A DNA stretch of 63,448 nt, filler included, from Octopus bimaculoides (lineage: Eukaryota): the NCBI RefSeq assembly GCF_001194135.2. It is 8 parts of 8 records of this genome, joined end to end, with 100 filler letters (N's around TTAATTAATTAA, not from the genome) between each part and the next. Parts side by side here need not be neighbours in the genome. Positions count along the whole stretch, not along the records: positions 7,637 to 33,743 come from NC_068986.1; 7 more parts are not named here. One strand, 5' to 3'. Shown in pieces: positions 11,215-24,590 of this stretch (position 1 is its first letter; each line of letters opens with the position of its first letter). Below the pieces are notes generated by a model. It did no database searches and had not been told where the DNA came from. It was given only the letters and a program-made list of their open reading frames with translations. The position numbers and the translations under genes were made by a program.

Positions 11215-13736
11215 CAGGCTTACCTTGGCTTAAGTCATTTCGATTTAAGTCGTTGTCAATTATACATTAGTTTTCAAAAATAATATATGGAAAAATAAAA
11301 ATCAAGTTAAGTCATTTTACTTGACTTTGCATCTGTCCACCACAAATATTGGAATCGTAAAATCACTAGTAAACCATTAAAAACACATAAAATCATATTA
11401 CTATACAGTAAATAAGAATAAAAGCATATAAAATCATACGTACAGTAAATGTTAAGATACACACCATAAAGAAGTGTACCTTAGTGAACGAAATCCTGAA
11501 AACAGCTGTATTGTCCCATTTATTGGTCATTCGGAGCTCATATTGCACTGTAGTTCCAATATCTACTGTTAGGCGTCGTTGTCACTTATGATTCCTGTGA
11601 TTGTTTTGAATCCAGATTTGTTTACATCTGTTTATCAGCTATTTTCTCATTCATTTGTGACTGTATTTTTGCCCCCCCCCCCGACTCCTAAGAATACTCA
11701 TAGTGAAAGCACTAAGTGTCATGCTATAGTGCTGGAAGATAAACTGGCTATGATAAAATGCCATGAAAAAGGTGAAAAATGTTGTAGCAGTTGCACAATC
11801 TTTTGGGATGAGTTGGACAACTTATATCAAATCTGAAGCCTCAGGGATGAAGAACACTGTCATCAATAAGAAAAGAGGCAAAATCTTTGAAGAAATGGAA
11901 AGTCTTCTTTCTCTTTGAATTGTTAGGTTGAATCATCGGTGTGCTACTATTAATCAAGAAGTCATTCAAAAGAAAGTGTTGTCTTTGTTTGAGGACCTGA
12001 AGAAAAAATACCCAGATGAGAAAGATGTAGAGTTCAAGGCAAGTCCAGGATGGTTCATGAGATTTAAGGAGCAAAGAAGTTATCACTCCATTAAGAAGCA
12101 AGGTGAAAGTGTATCAGCTGACAAACAAGCAGCAGTGGAATTTCCTAATGCATTAAAGAAAATCATCGAAGAAAATGGGTTTCTTCCTGAACAGATTTTT
12201 AACATAGACGAAACTGGATTGTATTGGAAAAAATTGCCAGACCATTCATTCATTTCCAAGGAGGAGAAAACTATTCCAGGCTAGAAGGTCTCGAAAGAAC
12301 GTGTGACCATTATGTTGGGAAGTAATTGTGCAGGAGATTTTAAGTTAAAGCCATTGCTTGTGTATCATGCACACAACCCCCATGCCCAGAAGAACATATC
12401 CAAGACATCTCTTCCTGTTATATGGATGGCTAATTCAAAAGCATGGGTCACTGTTGTTGTTTTTGAAGATTGGTTCATCAATCATTTTATCGCAGCAGCA
12501 GAGAAGTACTGTAAGGAGAAGGGGATTCCTTTTAAGGTTTTACTTATCTTAGATAATGCTCCTGGTCACCCACACATCATAGATTTTGACCCCAACGTTA
12601 CTGTCGTATACCTCTCTCCAAACACCACATCTCTTCTACAGCCAATGGATAAGGGAATAATTGCTCTCTTCAAGCGTTACTATATGAAGCGTACACTACA
12701 GCAAGCAATAGCTGCAACTGATCTTGATGAGTCCATCACATTTTGTGACTTTTGGAAGAGATATGATATCTACATGGCTGTACAGAACATAGCAGTGGCA
12801 TGGAATGATGTACAGAACACAGCTATGAATGGAGTATGGAAGAAGCTACGCCCACAATTCGTGAATGATTTTAAGGGGTTTGATAATGTTGCCATCAACA
12901 AAATGTTGGTGACTACGAGCAAAGAACTGGAAATGGATTTGGAGGAGGAGGATTTCACAGATTTATTTGAAAAAGACAAGCAGCCCCTGACAAACGAGGA
13001 TTTGATAGAGCTTCATGAGCAGCAAAATAAAGAAGAGGAAGTCAAACCTGAGCCACATCACCTTATTATTAAGAAAATGCACCAAGCATTTGCATATATC
13101 GAAAAAGGTCTTTCTATGTTTGAGGATAGGGATCCAAATGTTCAACACTTTTCCAAGATTATGGGGGCTTGTTATGAAGCTTTTGCTCCTTATAATGTAA
13201 TCCTTAAAGAAAAGAAGACAGTTCAAGGAACTCTCAACCAGTTTTTTAAGCACATTGAATAACAAGAACAGCCAGAGTCAGCTGTTGATGTTGACAATCC
13301 ACAGCCATCTACATCTGCGATATAAACCACCAAATTGTATGTACATATTGGTAAATTTTAAATAATTTAGTTTTTTTTACTATTGCAAAATAATAATAAT
13401 TACTGAATTTGTTTTTTAAGCTTAAAAAAGGCTTTTATTTTACCATGTCCTATTGCAAACTGCATTCATAAATAAAGCGTCCGCAATGTACGGTAAACAC
13501 CACCAAATTGTATCTGTAAATTTAGATTACTTTTTTTTTTTTACTGTACTGAATAAAAAATAAAAATTATTTGTAAGCTTAAAATAGGTTTTTATTGATC
13601 ATGTGTTATTGAAATTGCATTCATAAATAAAGTACAGAACTGGGAATGGTTATTATCGGTTTAACCTTGAGACAAGTAAATTGACTTAAGTCATGTGTCC
13701 TGCAACCAATTAACGACGTAGGGTGAGGTATGCCTG
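11215..13736 (+). mobile_element. Tigger/pogo-family DNA transposon in a MyD88 intron
   Basis: Imperfect TIRs CAGGCTTACCTT.. / ..GAGGTATGCCTG (16/22), TA on both sides, transposase inside. Confidence 0.9.
11690..13262 (+). pseudogene. Disrupted TIGD1-like pogo transposase (CENP-B-type HTH + DDE_1, DD31D)
   Basis: FKASPGWFMRFK, IFNIDETGLYWK, LILDNAPGH, LQPMDKG; in-frame stops at 11916 (TGA) and 12282 (TAG), a frameshift near 11800, no clear start. Confidence 0.92.
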
Positions 13737-13754
13737 TATATATATATATATGTA

Positions 13755-14150
13755 GGTGCAGGCATAGCTGTGTGGTAAGAAGCTTGCTTCCCAACCACAA
13801 TGGTTCCGGGGTTCAGTCCCACTGTGTAGCACCTTGGACAAGTATCTTCTACTGTAGCTTCTGCTTTGTGAGTGGATTTGTTTGATGGAAACTGAAAGAA
13901 GCTTGTTGTATGTGTGTGTGTGTGTGTGTATCTTCATGTCGGTTTGTCCTCCACCATCACTTGACAACTGGTGTTGGTGTGTTTATGTCCACATAACTGA
14001 GCAGTTTGCCAAAAGAGATTGATAGAATAAGTTACCAGGTTTTAAAAAAATAGAAAGTACTGGGGTCAGTTCATTTGACTAAAAATTCTTCAAGGTGGTG
14101 CCCGACCATGGCCACAGTCTAATGACTGAAACAAATAAAAGATAAAAGAT
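13755..14150 (+). mobile_element. SINE family A, CpG-decayed copy
   Basis: Colinear with 3407-3814, most CpGs changed to TpG/CpA. Confidence 0.85.
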
Positions 14151-14810
14151 ATTATTTTAACCAGACCTGAAACTGACTTAGAGTAGAGAGGGCTTGTCAT
14201 TGAAGAAGCCTCATATGGTGATGAAAAATCTTTGGTGAATACAACTGGTTGATTGATTAATTGAATGATTAATCAAAAAATTGATTTAGTTAGTTGGTTA
14301 AATAACTAATAAATTGACGAATAATAATAATAATAAAGAAATGAAATTTAACCAGTGTGTGTGTTTATTATTGGTATAATAGCCCCCTTGAGATATAACA
14401 AAATCTGTTTCAACGCATGAATTCACATCAAGGATCTTGCAAACAAGAAGGAAATTTCATAGAAGTTATTAAACAAGTACCTGTCATATACTGTAGTTAG
14501 GAATTTGGTATGTATGTAGTCTGTTTATACAGGACATTCACTATGCATTTTCTCTTTAACAGTTATTTTTCATGATTGAATGGTTGATCATTAATTAGAT
14601 AAAATATTTGATAATTGATGATGACATTGAAAAGTGGTACATTGAATGTTTGAACATATCCAAAAACTTTGTGGATAGTGATAGTTTGAGATCTTTGCTT
14701 AAATTAGTTCTTTCTGTTATTGCGGTTGATTTTTATTTGAATTTTTGTCTTTTGATAGTATTTGAAAATGCCCTTCCATGCTAAATAAATAATGTCATTT
14801 ATCTCTGCAG

Positions 14811-14879
14811 TGTCTCAAAGTAAGATAAAAGCTGATGATATGAGCGTTAAAGAAACTGATGTCATAACTACAGATGATG
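14811..14879 (+). CDS. MYD88: MyD88 exon (intermediate domain, 3' part)
   Basis: CTGCAG acceptor, GTAAGT donor, 69 bp phase 1-1; VSQSKIKADDMSVKETDVITTDD, with ITTDD matching the MyD88 ITTLDD motif. Confidence 0.85.
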
Positions 14880-16179
14880 GTAAGTCAATTTTCTTGGCCA
14901 TTTAAAAAAAATAAAAACATTGAGTTCCAATATCAGAAGAAATGAAATACAGGATTCTTACTTTATGAATAATCTGTTAGTTCATGAGTCACTGAAATAA
15001 TGTTTAGAAAATTTTTTAAAATTCTCTGGTTAGGATATCAGTTTATTGCAGATAAGATTCACAGAAACTCTGGTGACTATTCACTTCTGTGAGGTAAACT
15101 GGGGTGGTGGAAAAGAAAAAGTGCCCTATCAAGACATAGTGAAATACCTGTGGAGTGCTTGAATTGACATGGACTATCAATCCAACACTACATCCAGTGG
15201 ATCACTATTACCTCTACCTAGCTTTTATTAATTCGCTTCAAATCTCCAAATTGTGAACATTATCTTCATCATCATTATCATATTATCATCATCGTTTGAC
15301 ATCTGCTTTCCATGCTGGCATGAGTTTGACAGGAGCTGGCCAAGCAGAAGACTGCACCAGACTTTTGTGTCTGTTTTGGCATGGTTTTTACAGCTGGATG
15401 TCCTTCCAACCACCCTCTAGTGTGGACTGAGTGCTTTTTGTGTGGCACCAGTACAAACAAGATCAGTTTTGGCATGGTTTTTACAGCTGGATGTCATTCC
15501 AAATGCCAACCACTTTACAGTGTGAACAGATAGTATATTTATTTTAAAATGTTGTTCTGTTCTAGTTGGACATCTTCTACAGTTAGACTTTGAATATCAA
15601 AGCTATTGATTTCTATGTGGTTGGTATCTCTGAAATATTTAATTTCTAAACAATTTTATTTTTCTACTCCAGCATTTGTGATGAAAGCATCACTGATGAG
15701 TTCACATAAAGCAGAAATATACTTTACTTGTTGGAAAAATAAAAACATTATTGTTCATTAACCAATGATTTTAATTTCCTTAAATTCGTTTCAACTTAAC
15801 TTTGTACTCTTTGCATTTAACAAGTGAAGATTAAGTAACTTTGTCTGATTGGTTAACTCTAGCATTCAGATAACTCTGTCAAATGTAATGTTTATTTATT
15901 CACACTTTTTTGAATTAATCATGTATTATTTTGTAGCTTTGAGTTTTCCATAATGTGGGTGTTTATTTTTAGAATGACACTGTAGGGTAGGTGAGAGAAG
16001 ACTGATTTTACCAGTTTGAACATAAAACAGGTAGAATAATTGAACTGGATATGACTAGTTGAAATGCTAAAGGGTTAAGGTGCTCTATAACAAAGGAATA
16101 TGCTGTTAGTTTGTATTTAAGTGTTTTGTTAGTGTTAAAATGTTCATCGTTAATCAGTGCTTATTATTATCTTACTATT

Positions 16180-16590
16180 TAGGGTCGTGAGCTGGCAGAA
16201 TCATTAGCACACTGGGTGAAATTTCATCTGTATTTACATTCTGCAGTCAAATTCCACCAAGGTTAACTTGCGTTTCATTTCTTTCTGGGTCAATAAAATA
16301 AGTACCTGTTAAGTACTGGGGTTGATGTAATCAACTTAAACTCCACCTCCAATTACTGGCTTTTTGCCAAAATTTGAAATCATTATTATCTTACTATTAA
16401 GGCCATGAGCAGGTAGAATTGTTAGCTCGCTGGGTGATATGCTTAGCAGCATTTTGTCTGTCTTCGTGTTCTGCATTCAAATTCTGCCAAGATTGACTTT
16501 GCCTTTCATCTTTTTTTGGGTTGATAAAATATGTACCAGTTGAACTCTGTTCCAACTAATATTGCTCGCCTTGTACCAAAATTTGAAATC
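16180..16590 (+). mobile_element. Two tandem CpG-decayed family B SINEs
   Basis: Separated and flanked by ATTATCTTACTATT at 16166-16179, 16385-16398, 16591-16604. Confidence 0.85.
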
Positions 16591-16630
16591 ATTATCTTAC
16601 TATTAAATGAAATTTTTTTTTAAATTTCAG

Positions 16631-16817
16631 TTATTTCTGGTACTACAACATATTATGATGCCTTTGTTTGTTATGCTAAAAATGACTTATGGTTTGTCCA
16701 GCAAATGATTACCAAATTAGAATCTCCTCCACATAGTTTAAAACTGTGTATTGTTGATCGTGATGTTATACCAGGTTCTTCAAAACATACTATCAATGCC
16801 AAATTAATTGAAGACAG
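16631..16817 (+). CDS. MYD88: MyD88 TIR exon (box 1, BB loop)
   Basis: TTTCAG / GTAAAT, 187 bp phase 1-2; YDAFVCYAKNDLWFVQQMITKLESPPHSLKLCIVDRDVIPG...AKLIEDR. Confidence 0.95.
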
Positions 16818-17342
16818 GTAAATAATAAACATTAAAGCTTTTGCATTCTTTTGATTGCTTTTTTTCCGTTTTACATATCATCATCATCTCTGTTGTTGTA
16901 TTAACATCCACTTTTTTCATCCTTGCATGGGTTGGATGAAGTTATTGAGGTAGATTTTCTACAGCTAGATACCCTTCCTGTCACCAACCCTCACCAGTTT
17001 TCAGGCAAGGTAATATTTCCTCATGGCCTGGCATATTTTTGCAGAATATTGGAAAGGAATGGCCATTCATCTTCAACAATCATGCAGTGTCAAAACAAGG
17101 AGGCACAAGCATATATACACTGACACAGATGCATACATATACATATATATGTGTGTGTGTGTGAATCAGGCTTTCAGTTTTTGTCTAGCAAATTGACTCC
17201 CAAGGTTTTGGTTGGCATGGGTCTATAGTAGAAGACACTTGCCCAAGGTGCCATGCAGTGAGACTGAACCTGAAAGCATGTGGTTGTAAAATGAGTTTCT
17301 TAACTACACAAGCATGTATATATATGTGTGTATGTATATATA

Positions 17343-17389
<47 letters not shown>

Positions 17390-17408
17390 TCATCATCATC
17401 ATCATCAT

Positions 17409-17469
<61 letters not shown>

Positions 17470-18075
17470 TATTAATTGAAGTGTATAGTATTATATATCC
17501 ATTATGGCTGATCTTACCAATCGGTTTCATGCTAGGGGTTCAACAGAGTGTTAGGTAACATCCTGATTATGTAACCCTGTGCTCTTCAGAGATGGCATTT
17601 ATGGAATGAAATATAGTGACTGCTCTGTATTGTTGAAGGTGAATAGACATATCCGGTTTGTGGTTGCTGTAAAAAAGACGATGAAACAAATCAAGCTAGA
17701 GTTAATTTAAGAGTTATGTAATATCATCATCATTTAACATCCGCCTTCCATGCTAGCATGGGTAGGACAATGCATATATATNNNNNNNNNNNNNNNNNNN
17801 NNNNNNNNNNNNNNNNNNNNNNNNNNNNNNNNNNNNNNNNNNNNNNNNNNNNNNNNNNNNNNNNNNNNNNNNNNNNNNNNNNNNNNNNNNNNNNNNNNTA
17901 TATATATATATAGGTATGTATGTATGTATATTAAACAAAGTATAAATAATGGTCATTTGCATATTTTTTGTTATTGCAGTAAATTTGACTTACAGCTCTT
18001 TCCAGTAGTTATTATAGGTTTGTTATTGATAGGTTTACTCAATCAGTCCATTTATCAGTTGAGAAAATTTGAACA

Positions 18076-18212
18076 ACCTAAAAAGTTAATGCTACTTTCA
18101 TCAGTGTCATGATGATGAAAGTAGCATTAACTTTTTAGGTCATTCAGTTTTTCTCAACCATTCAGTTTTTCTCAACCATTCAGTTTTTCTCAACCATTCA
18201 GTTTTTCTCAAC
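18076..18212. repeat. Perfect 28-bp inverted repeat (9-nt loop) followed by 4 x 18-bp tandem repeat
   Basis: Arms 18076-18103 / 18113-18140; CATTCAGTTTTTCTCAAC x4 at 18141-18212; single-arm homolog near 57260. Confidence 0.95.
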
Positions 18213-18729
18213 AATTTTAACAAACACTTTCGTTCCTCTGAGGACGTAGCTTAATTTCTGCATTGTTTAAAAGGTTTTTTGAATTTTGCATTAATACAGA
18301 CATATAAGTAATTAATTTATTATAAAATATAATTATATACTTTATCTTTACATGCTTTAAGTTAAGAAACTATTTGTCATGATATCTGAATTTTCTTATT
18401 GTTAAATAAGTTTTCATCAAACTATTTCTCTGTCATTTATAACTTTATATGTTCCTTATCATTTTCTCTTGTGTTGTATTACTTATACTATATGTTTTAT
18501 AGCATGAAGGAGCTTTCTTATGAGTACTACCAGATTACTTGATTCCATATATTGTGATTTAAACACACACACACACACACACATATGTATAAGTGCAGGC
18601 ATAGCTATGTGACTAAGAAGTTCACTTCCCAACCAAATGGTCTCAGGTTCAGACCTATTGCATGGCACATTGGGTAAGTGTCTTCTGTTACATAGCAGTG
18701 ACCGACAAAAGCCTAAAGAAGCCTGTTGT

Positions 18730-18852
<123 letters not shown>

Positions 18853-18888
18853 AACATTGCATGATGGTCGCAAATGTCACTGTCATAC

Positions 18889-19122
18889 CTATTTCTTTAC
18901 TGCCCACAAGGGGCTACACAAAGAGGGGACAAACAAGGACAGACAAACGGATTAAATCGATTATATCGACCCCAGTGCGTAACTGGTACTTAATTTATCG
19001 ACCCCGAAAGGATGAAAGGCAAAGTCGACCTCGGCGGAATTTGAACTCAGAACGCAGTGGCAGACGAAATACCGCTAAGCATTTCGCCAGGCGTGTTAAC
19101 GTTTCTGCCAGCTCGTCGCCTT
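18889..19122 (-). mobile_element. SINE family B, young full-length copy, antisense in a MyD88 intron
   Basis: 16-bp TSD AATGTCACTGTCATAC (18873-18888 / 19123-19138), CpGs retained. Confidence 0.95.
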
Positions 19123-19369
19123 AATGTCACTGTCATACAAGTGATGTCATTCATTTCTAGTCTTCTTTGAAAACATGCCTGGCCAAGTGGAAAATATTAC
19201 CCTACTTCGAAGCAAGAAGGAGTTGGTGTCAAGAAGCGCATCTGGCCATAGAAAATCTCAACAAAATCCATCTGACCCATGCAAGCATGGAAAAGTAGTA
19301 CTTTAAATGATGGTCTTCATGATGATATCCACACACACACATAAATATATTCATACATACATGATGGCT

Positions 19370-19720
19370 GTCCACTCGTGACCGAGGAAGACCATTGCCG
19401 ACCTTCAGGAACATTGTGCGCTCTAGGACTAACTTATATTTTGCATTTGCGGTTCCACTGGTGGCTAATGAGCCCTGCTCTTGACAAGCATACATGACTG
19501 CAAACATTGCAGACCAAGCTTTCCCAATTCACTATACAAGCCGTGCACTTTCGCTGGATACGTGCTCTCTCAAAAGTGTCGATCCCCTCCTTAACCTGCT
19601 TCCTCCATCTGTGGCAATGACAGGCATTGTTCTCCCGGTCAGTGTCNNNNNNNNNNATGACAGGCATTGTTCTCCCGGTCAGTGTCCTGCATATCACAGG
19701 CCTTTAATGAGGACTACATA
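19370..19720 (-). mobile_element. RTE/BovB-like LINE 3' end
   Basis: WRKQVKEGIDTFERARI...CNVCSHVCLSRAGLISHQ, typical RTE C-terminal zinc-finger-like motif. Confidence 0.8.
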
Positions 19721-19810
19721 CATACATACATACATACATACATAAATGTATATGTACATACAAACAAACAAACGTACAAAACTTGTCAATGTAGCTTAGA
19801 TAAACTATGA

Positions 19811-19954
<144 letters not shown>

Positions 19955-21214
19955 TAACTTATTCATTTAGGAATTCTACAGAAATGTTAGAGGGAATATG
20001 AATAATAAAAAGCTAAGAAAATAGATGAAAGAACAACATAGGGAAACTGAATTTTGTTGAAACAAACTACCATACTAGAGTTGTTGTTTAGCCCTGGGTA
20101 ACCCAGATTAACTGACACATGATCAAAGGCATTCCAGCCTTGACCATTGTATCATTTTGTTTATGTAACATGGATTGTATTGTTCAACATATATATCTTC
20201 ATTTTAGATTCTTTAGTGTGATTTGAGGGCAATTTGGCTGCTATTTCTAGTTTAGTAACTAGGCAGGGGCCTTCTCATTGAGCTGAATACATGTGAAACA
20301 AGCTAATGAAAGACCCACTCTGTGCTTGATAAAAAAGCCGAAAAATCTTCCTCAAATGACACTATAGTGTCTTAATAAAGGGAACACAGCCTTCTTTCCG
20401 TTACCACCTTCTCACAATAAATCTGTTCCTTTCCATCATGGAATATTTTCTTTTGTTCTGCAAGCTGCAAAGCAACTCCAACAGTGCTGGTGCTCACAAA
20501 AATACCCAGTGCACAGTAAATATTTACTAATCAATCCAGTCAGTAATAATGCTGAACGAGAGTGCTCTTTAGTCTTTCTGATGACATGGCAACCTCTGTA
20601 GTACTGGTGCCACAAAAAAACATCCAGTATACTCTGTAAAGTAGTAGGTGTTAGGAAGGACATCCAGCCATGGAAACCATGCCAAAAATGAAAAGTTAGA
20701 GGGAAAAAATGGTAACTGATCCATTGAATCCTGTTGAATTGTCCCACCCATGTCAGCATGAAAAGTGGACATGACCTTGTGGCAAAAAGTTTGCTTCCCA
20801 ATGACATAATTCCAGGTTCAGTCCCATTGCATAGCACCTTTTATAACCCTGGGTTGATCAAAGCATAAATGGATTTGGTAGACAGAAACTGAAAGAAGCT
20901 CATTGTGTGTGTGTGTGTGTGTGTGTGTGTATGACTGGTTTGAACATAAAACTGGCATAATATTTGGGTTGGATATGACTGGTTTAAATGTTAAAGAGTT
21001 TAAGTGATAGGGTGTAGGAAGGCCAGCCATTGAGACCATGTTTAACAGATAAAAATGACATCAACTAAGACTATGGATTAATCTCTGCTACTCTATGTAC
21101 TTGATAGTAAAGGACATGCAGTGAAATACTGTGAGACCCATCCAATCCATACCATGAAAAGAAATAGATCTGAAGTGGTGATGATTATATAAAATGAAAA
21201 TGATTATATAATTA

Positions 21215-21431
21215 TGAGTGGGTACTGAAAAGTTCCTGGTTTTAAGGGTATTGCAAAAGGCCTGGTTGGAGGCCCAACCTTCCAAGTTCTTTTACAGGGC
21301 TTAGAAAAACTGAAGGACCGTGACAGTAAATGTGTGAATTTGAGAGGGGAATATGTTGAATAAAATCATAATTAACTGATCATCCTGTATTTTCTTTTAC
21401 CCAAAACCAGGAACTTTTTAGCACCCCCTCA
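21215..21431 (+). mobile_element. Mariner-derived MITE
   Basis: TIRs TGAGTGGGTACTGAAAAGTTCCTGGTTT / AAACCAGGAACTTTTTAGCACCCCCTCA, TA flanks, remnant GLEKLKDRDSKCVNLRGEYVE of a mariner C-terminus. Confidence 0.85.
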
Positions 21432-21599
21432 TATATATGTGTGTGTATATATATGGGGGGTGGGGGTGTAGGTATACTGAATCTTTAATTAGGAAAAAAC
21501 ATCTTTAACGCCCCCATTTTGTATTGCTACATGCTGTCAAAATCTTTGCCATACAAGTTATACTAACATTACTATTTATTTTCCTTTGTATTTGTTTAG

Positions 21600-21859
21600 G
21601 TTCTCGTCAAAAGAAGCTCATCCCACTCATCATTGAATACTGTACTAAGTATCCAAAGATTTTACATCAAATTACTCCATGTGATTTCACCAAGGGAGAT
21701 ATGCACGAATGGGCTTGGAAACGACTGGCTTCTGCTATCAAAGCACCTTTTGACTTTTCTGATTACAGTTCTAATGACAGTGAATTGAATGAGCTGACTC
21801 TCAAGCTACCGTTATGTCGGTCCCTTTCCATTCAAAGTAAAAATGAATCAACATCCTGA
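21600..21859 (+). CDS. MYD88: MyD88 last coding exon (TIR C-terminus plus tail)
   Basis: TTTAG acceptor; GSRQKKLIPLIIEY...ILHQITPCDFTK...WAWKRLASAI (box 3), then a Ser-rich tail and TGA. Confidence 0.95.
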
Positions 21860-21993
21860 AGACTCTATGTGGAATATTTCCTGTTTTTTATTTTTTAAAA
21901 GTACTCCTTTTTAATTCATTAAATCTCTGATTGTCATCAGTGGTTTACTCTTGTAGATATATAATAGGTTAGAAATTTAAGAGTTTCAACTGT

Positions 21994-21999
21994 AATAAA
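21994..21999 (+). promoter_or_regulatory. Candidate polyadenylation signal
   Basis: AATAAA about 135 bp after the stop; the hexamer is common in AT-rich DNA. Confidence 0.3.
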
Positions 22000-24011
22000 C
22001 CATCTAAGAAATATAGACATGTAATTGTATGAAATCTATTTTTGAAGTTTATTACTGAAAAACACCTACATCACTTTATAAATTTTATTTTTATATATCA
22101 CCATCATTCAACTGTTGTAGCAGATGGTCCTAACCAAGGGACCACAGGGGATTTTTACCAACTGTGATCTCTTGGTCATGAGCCATCTTTTTAATGAAAC
22201 AATTTTTTTTTAATAACTGAAGACAAAAAACAAAAACTTGACCCTTTAACATTCAGATTACTCTGTCAAATGAAATACTTATTTAATCACATTGTTTTGA
22301 ATTAATCAGGGGTTATCTTGTAGCTTTGAGATTCTGATGATGTGATGTTTATTTTTAGAATGACTTTGTAGGGTAGGTGTGAAAGGCTGGATCTGACTAG
22401 TTTGAACATAAAACAGGTAGATTATTTTGGCAGGGTACAATCAGTTTAAATGCTAAAGGGTTAACACAACAAATGTGTAAGTATCATAGGAAACATTGAA
22501 TGAAGGTGGGACACATATTTACTAGAATGGTCTATACTGCCAGTGTTACATGTTTGTCTGAGTATCTTATAGTTGATAAAATAATACAGTAAAAATACCA
22601 GAAACAATTTACTGTACCTTTTTAAAAATTTTTATTCTTTTTAATGGTTTGGGTCTGAAGGAAGGAGCTGTACCTATAGCCATGGCAGACCTTCCAAAAC
22701 TTTTGAGATTGTTGTTGTTAAGATATGTCTGAAACGGTTGCAAGCTGACATCTACAGAAAAAACATGGGAAGGTAGTGAATTCTAGAGGATCAATGTTCA
22801 AGGAAGGAACGATAGGGCAAAATTTTGATGTAGGAGTTGGTAGCATCATCATCTTTATACCACCAACACCATCACCAACATCACCACCAATACCATCATT
22901 TTAATGTCCATTTTTTTCATGTTTGCATGGGTTAGATTAAAGTTGTTTAAGCAGGGGTTTTTTCTACATCCAGATATTTTTCTTGTCACCATCCCCTCAC
23001 CGGTTTCCAAGTAAGGTTATCTTCCCCACAAGTCCTTTGAACATAAATAGCTCAATAGAAGGACATGTTATTGCAGAGGAATGCAAACAAAGGACCCTAT
23101 TTGTATGATTGTGATTTTGGGCATTTACAATTAGCATGCAGATTTTATCTTATATATGCATAATAATAAAACCTTTTTTTTTTTTAAATCTCTAACATGG
23201 GTAATATAGTCATTCTCAAAGTTCAACAAAAACAAAATTATGGAAGTTCATACTGCAAATTAGGTAATTAGAAGAAAAAAGACTATTAGAAGGCCATTAG
23301 AAGAAATAAAAATTCAGTAGGCTGTTAATGAGACTAAGTATGCAGGTGGGATTTCAAATTATTGGAGCCATCATACAGAGCCAATCCTGTTCAGACTTGA
23401 TCTTCAGTGATTAGGGCCTTGAAGAACCAATTGGAGACTTTACTGATTGCAGTGGGTGATAAATCTGTCCCTGAGGTTCTGTCATGTTCTTTTGAAATAT
23501 ATATATTGGAAAGGACACAACAGAACTTAGGCATAGCTGTGTGTTAAGAAGTTCGCTTTACAACCACATGGTTTCAGGTTCAGTCCCACTGCTTTGCACC
23601 TTTGAATAGTTTCTTTTACTGTCGCTCTGAGCCATCCAAATTTTTTTAAGGGAGCTTCTTAGACAGAAACCGTGCAAAAGTTTATTATGTGTGTGCGTGT
23701 CTGTGTATTGAGTTTGCGTTTATCTCTGTCCTGATAGTCTAGTAGTCTGTTAAGAGGCCAAGGGAATAAATACAGATTTAAAATAGGTACTGACTAAACT
23801 CTTCTAGGCAATGCCCCAGCATGATGACTGCAATTCAGGGACTAAAACAAGAAAAAAAAAAAAAAGAAATAGAATATCGAAAGTCTTTTTATCTTTTTAT
23901 ATTTTCATTTGCATTCATGTTACTTTGACATGTTTGGGGTATGCAATGATGCCAGTGAAAATGTGAAGGAGTTGAAAATGTTTTAAATGTACATGTATAA
24001 ACTGTTTTGGA

Positions 24012-24042
<31 letters not shown>

Positions 24043-24089
24043 GCTAAATAAAATGTATTTCAGAAAATACTGTTATTATTAGTATTATT

Positions 24090-24590
24090 TCTCTTATTCT
24101 CATCTGTCTTCATGTTCTGAGTCCAAATTATGCCAAGGTTGACTTTGCTTTTCATCATTTGAGGGTTAATAATATATAAGTGCCGGTTGAGTACTGGGGT
24201 CGATGTAATTGACTTTGGTAAAGCCCCACTTTGGTCATCAGTGACCATGGGATTACACCTAGAAAGTTACCTTCCGAGGTGCAAATCCAAGTAAGATTGT
24301 TTATGTAAGTCCAGCAGTTGCTCATGCATACCAACGTTCCTTCTCCATGCCACCAATGTCATCCAAGAGAAAGGCAAAAGCGCTGATTACAGCTTGCCAC
24401 CAGTGACATCGCAACTCATTTCTGCAGCTGAGTGAACTGGAGCAATGTGAAATAAAGTGTATTGTTCAAGAACAGAACACACAACTCGGTCTGGGAATCA
24501 AACTCACTAACTCATGATTCTGAGCTCAACACTCTAACCACTGAGCCCTTCTGAAATTACTGGCCTTGGGCCAAAATTTTAAATCATTTC
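24090..24590. mobile_element. Family C SINE (minus, ~24233-24547) nested in a family B SINE (plus)
   Basis: Inner part is the CpG-decayed reverse complement of 58589-58926. Confidence 0.8.

Noticed and set aside
18100-18135. CTGATGA core on the minus strand of the intronic hairpin
   Set aside because: No matching stem II-GAAA half; not called a ribozyme.
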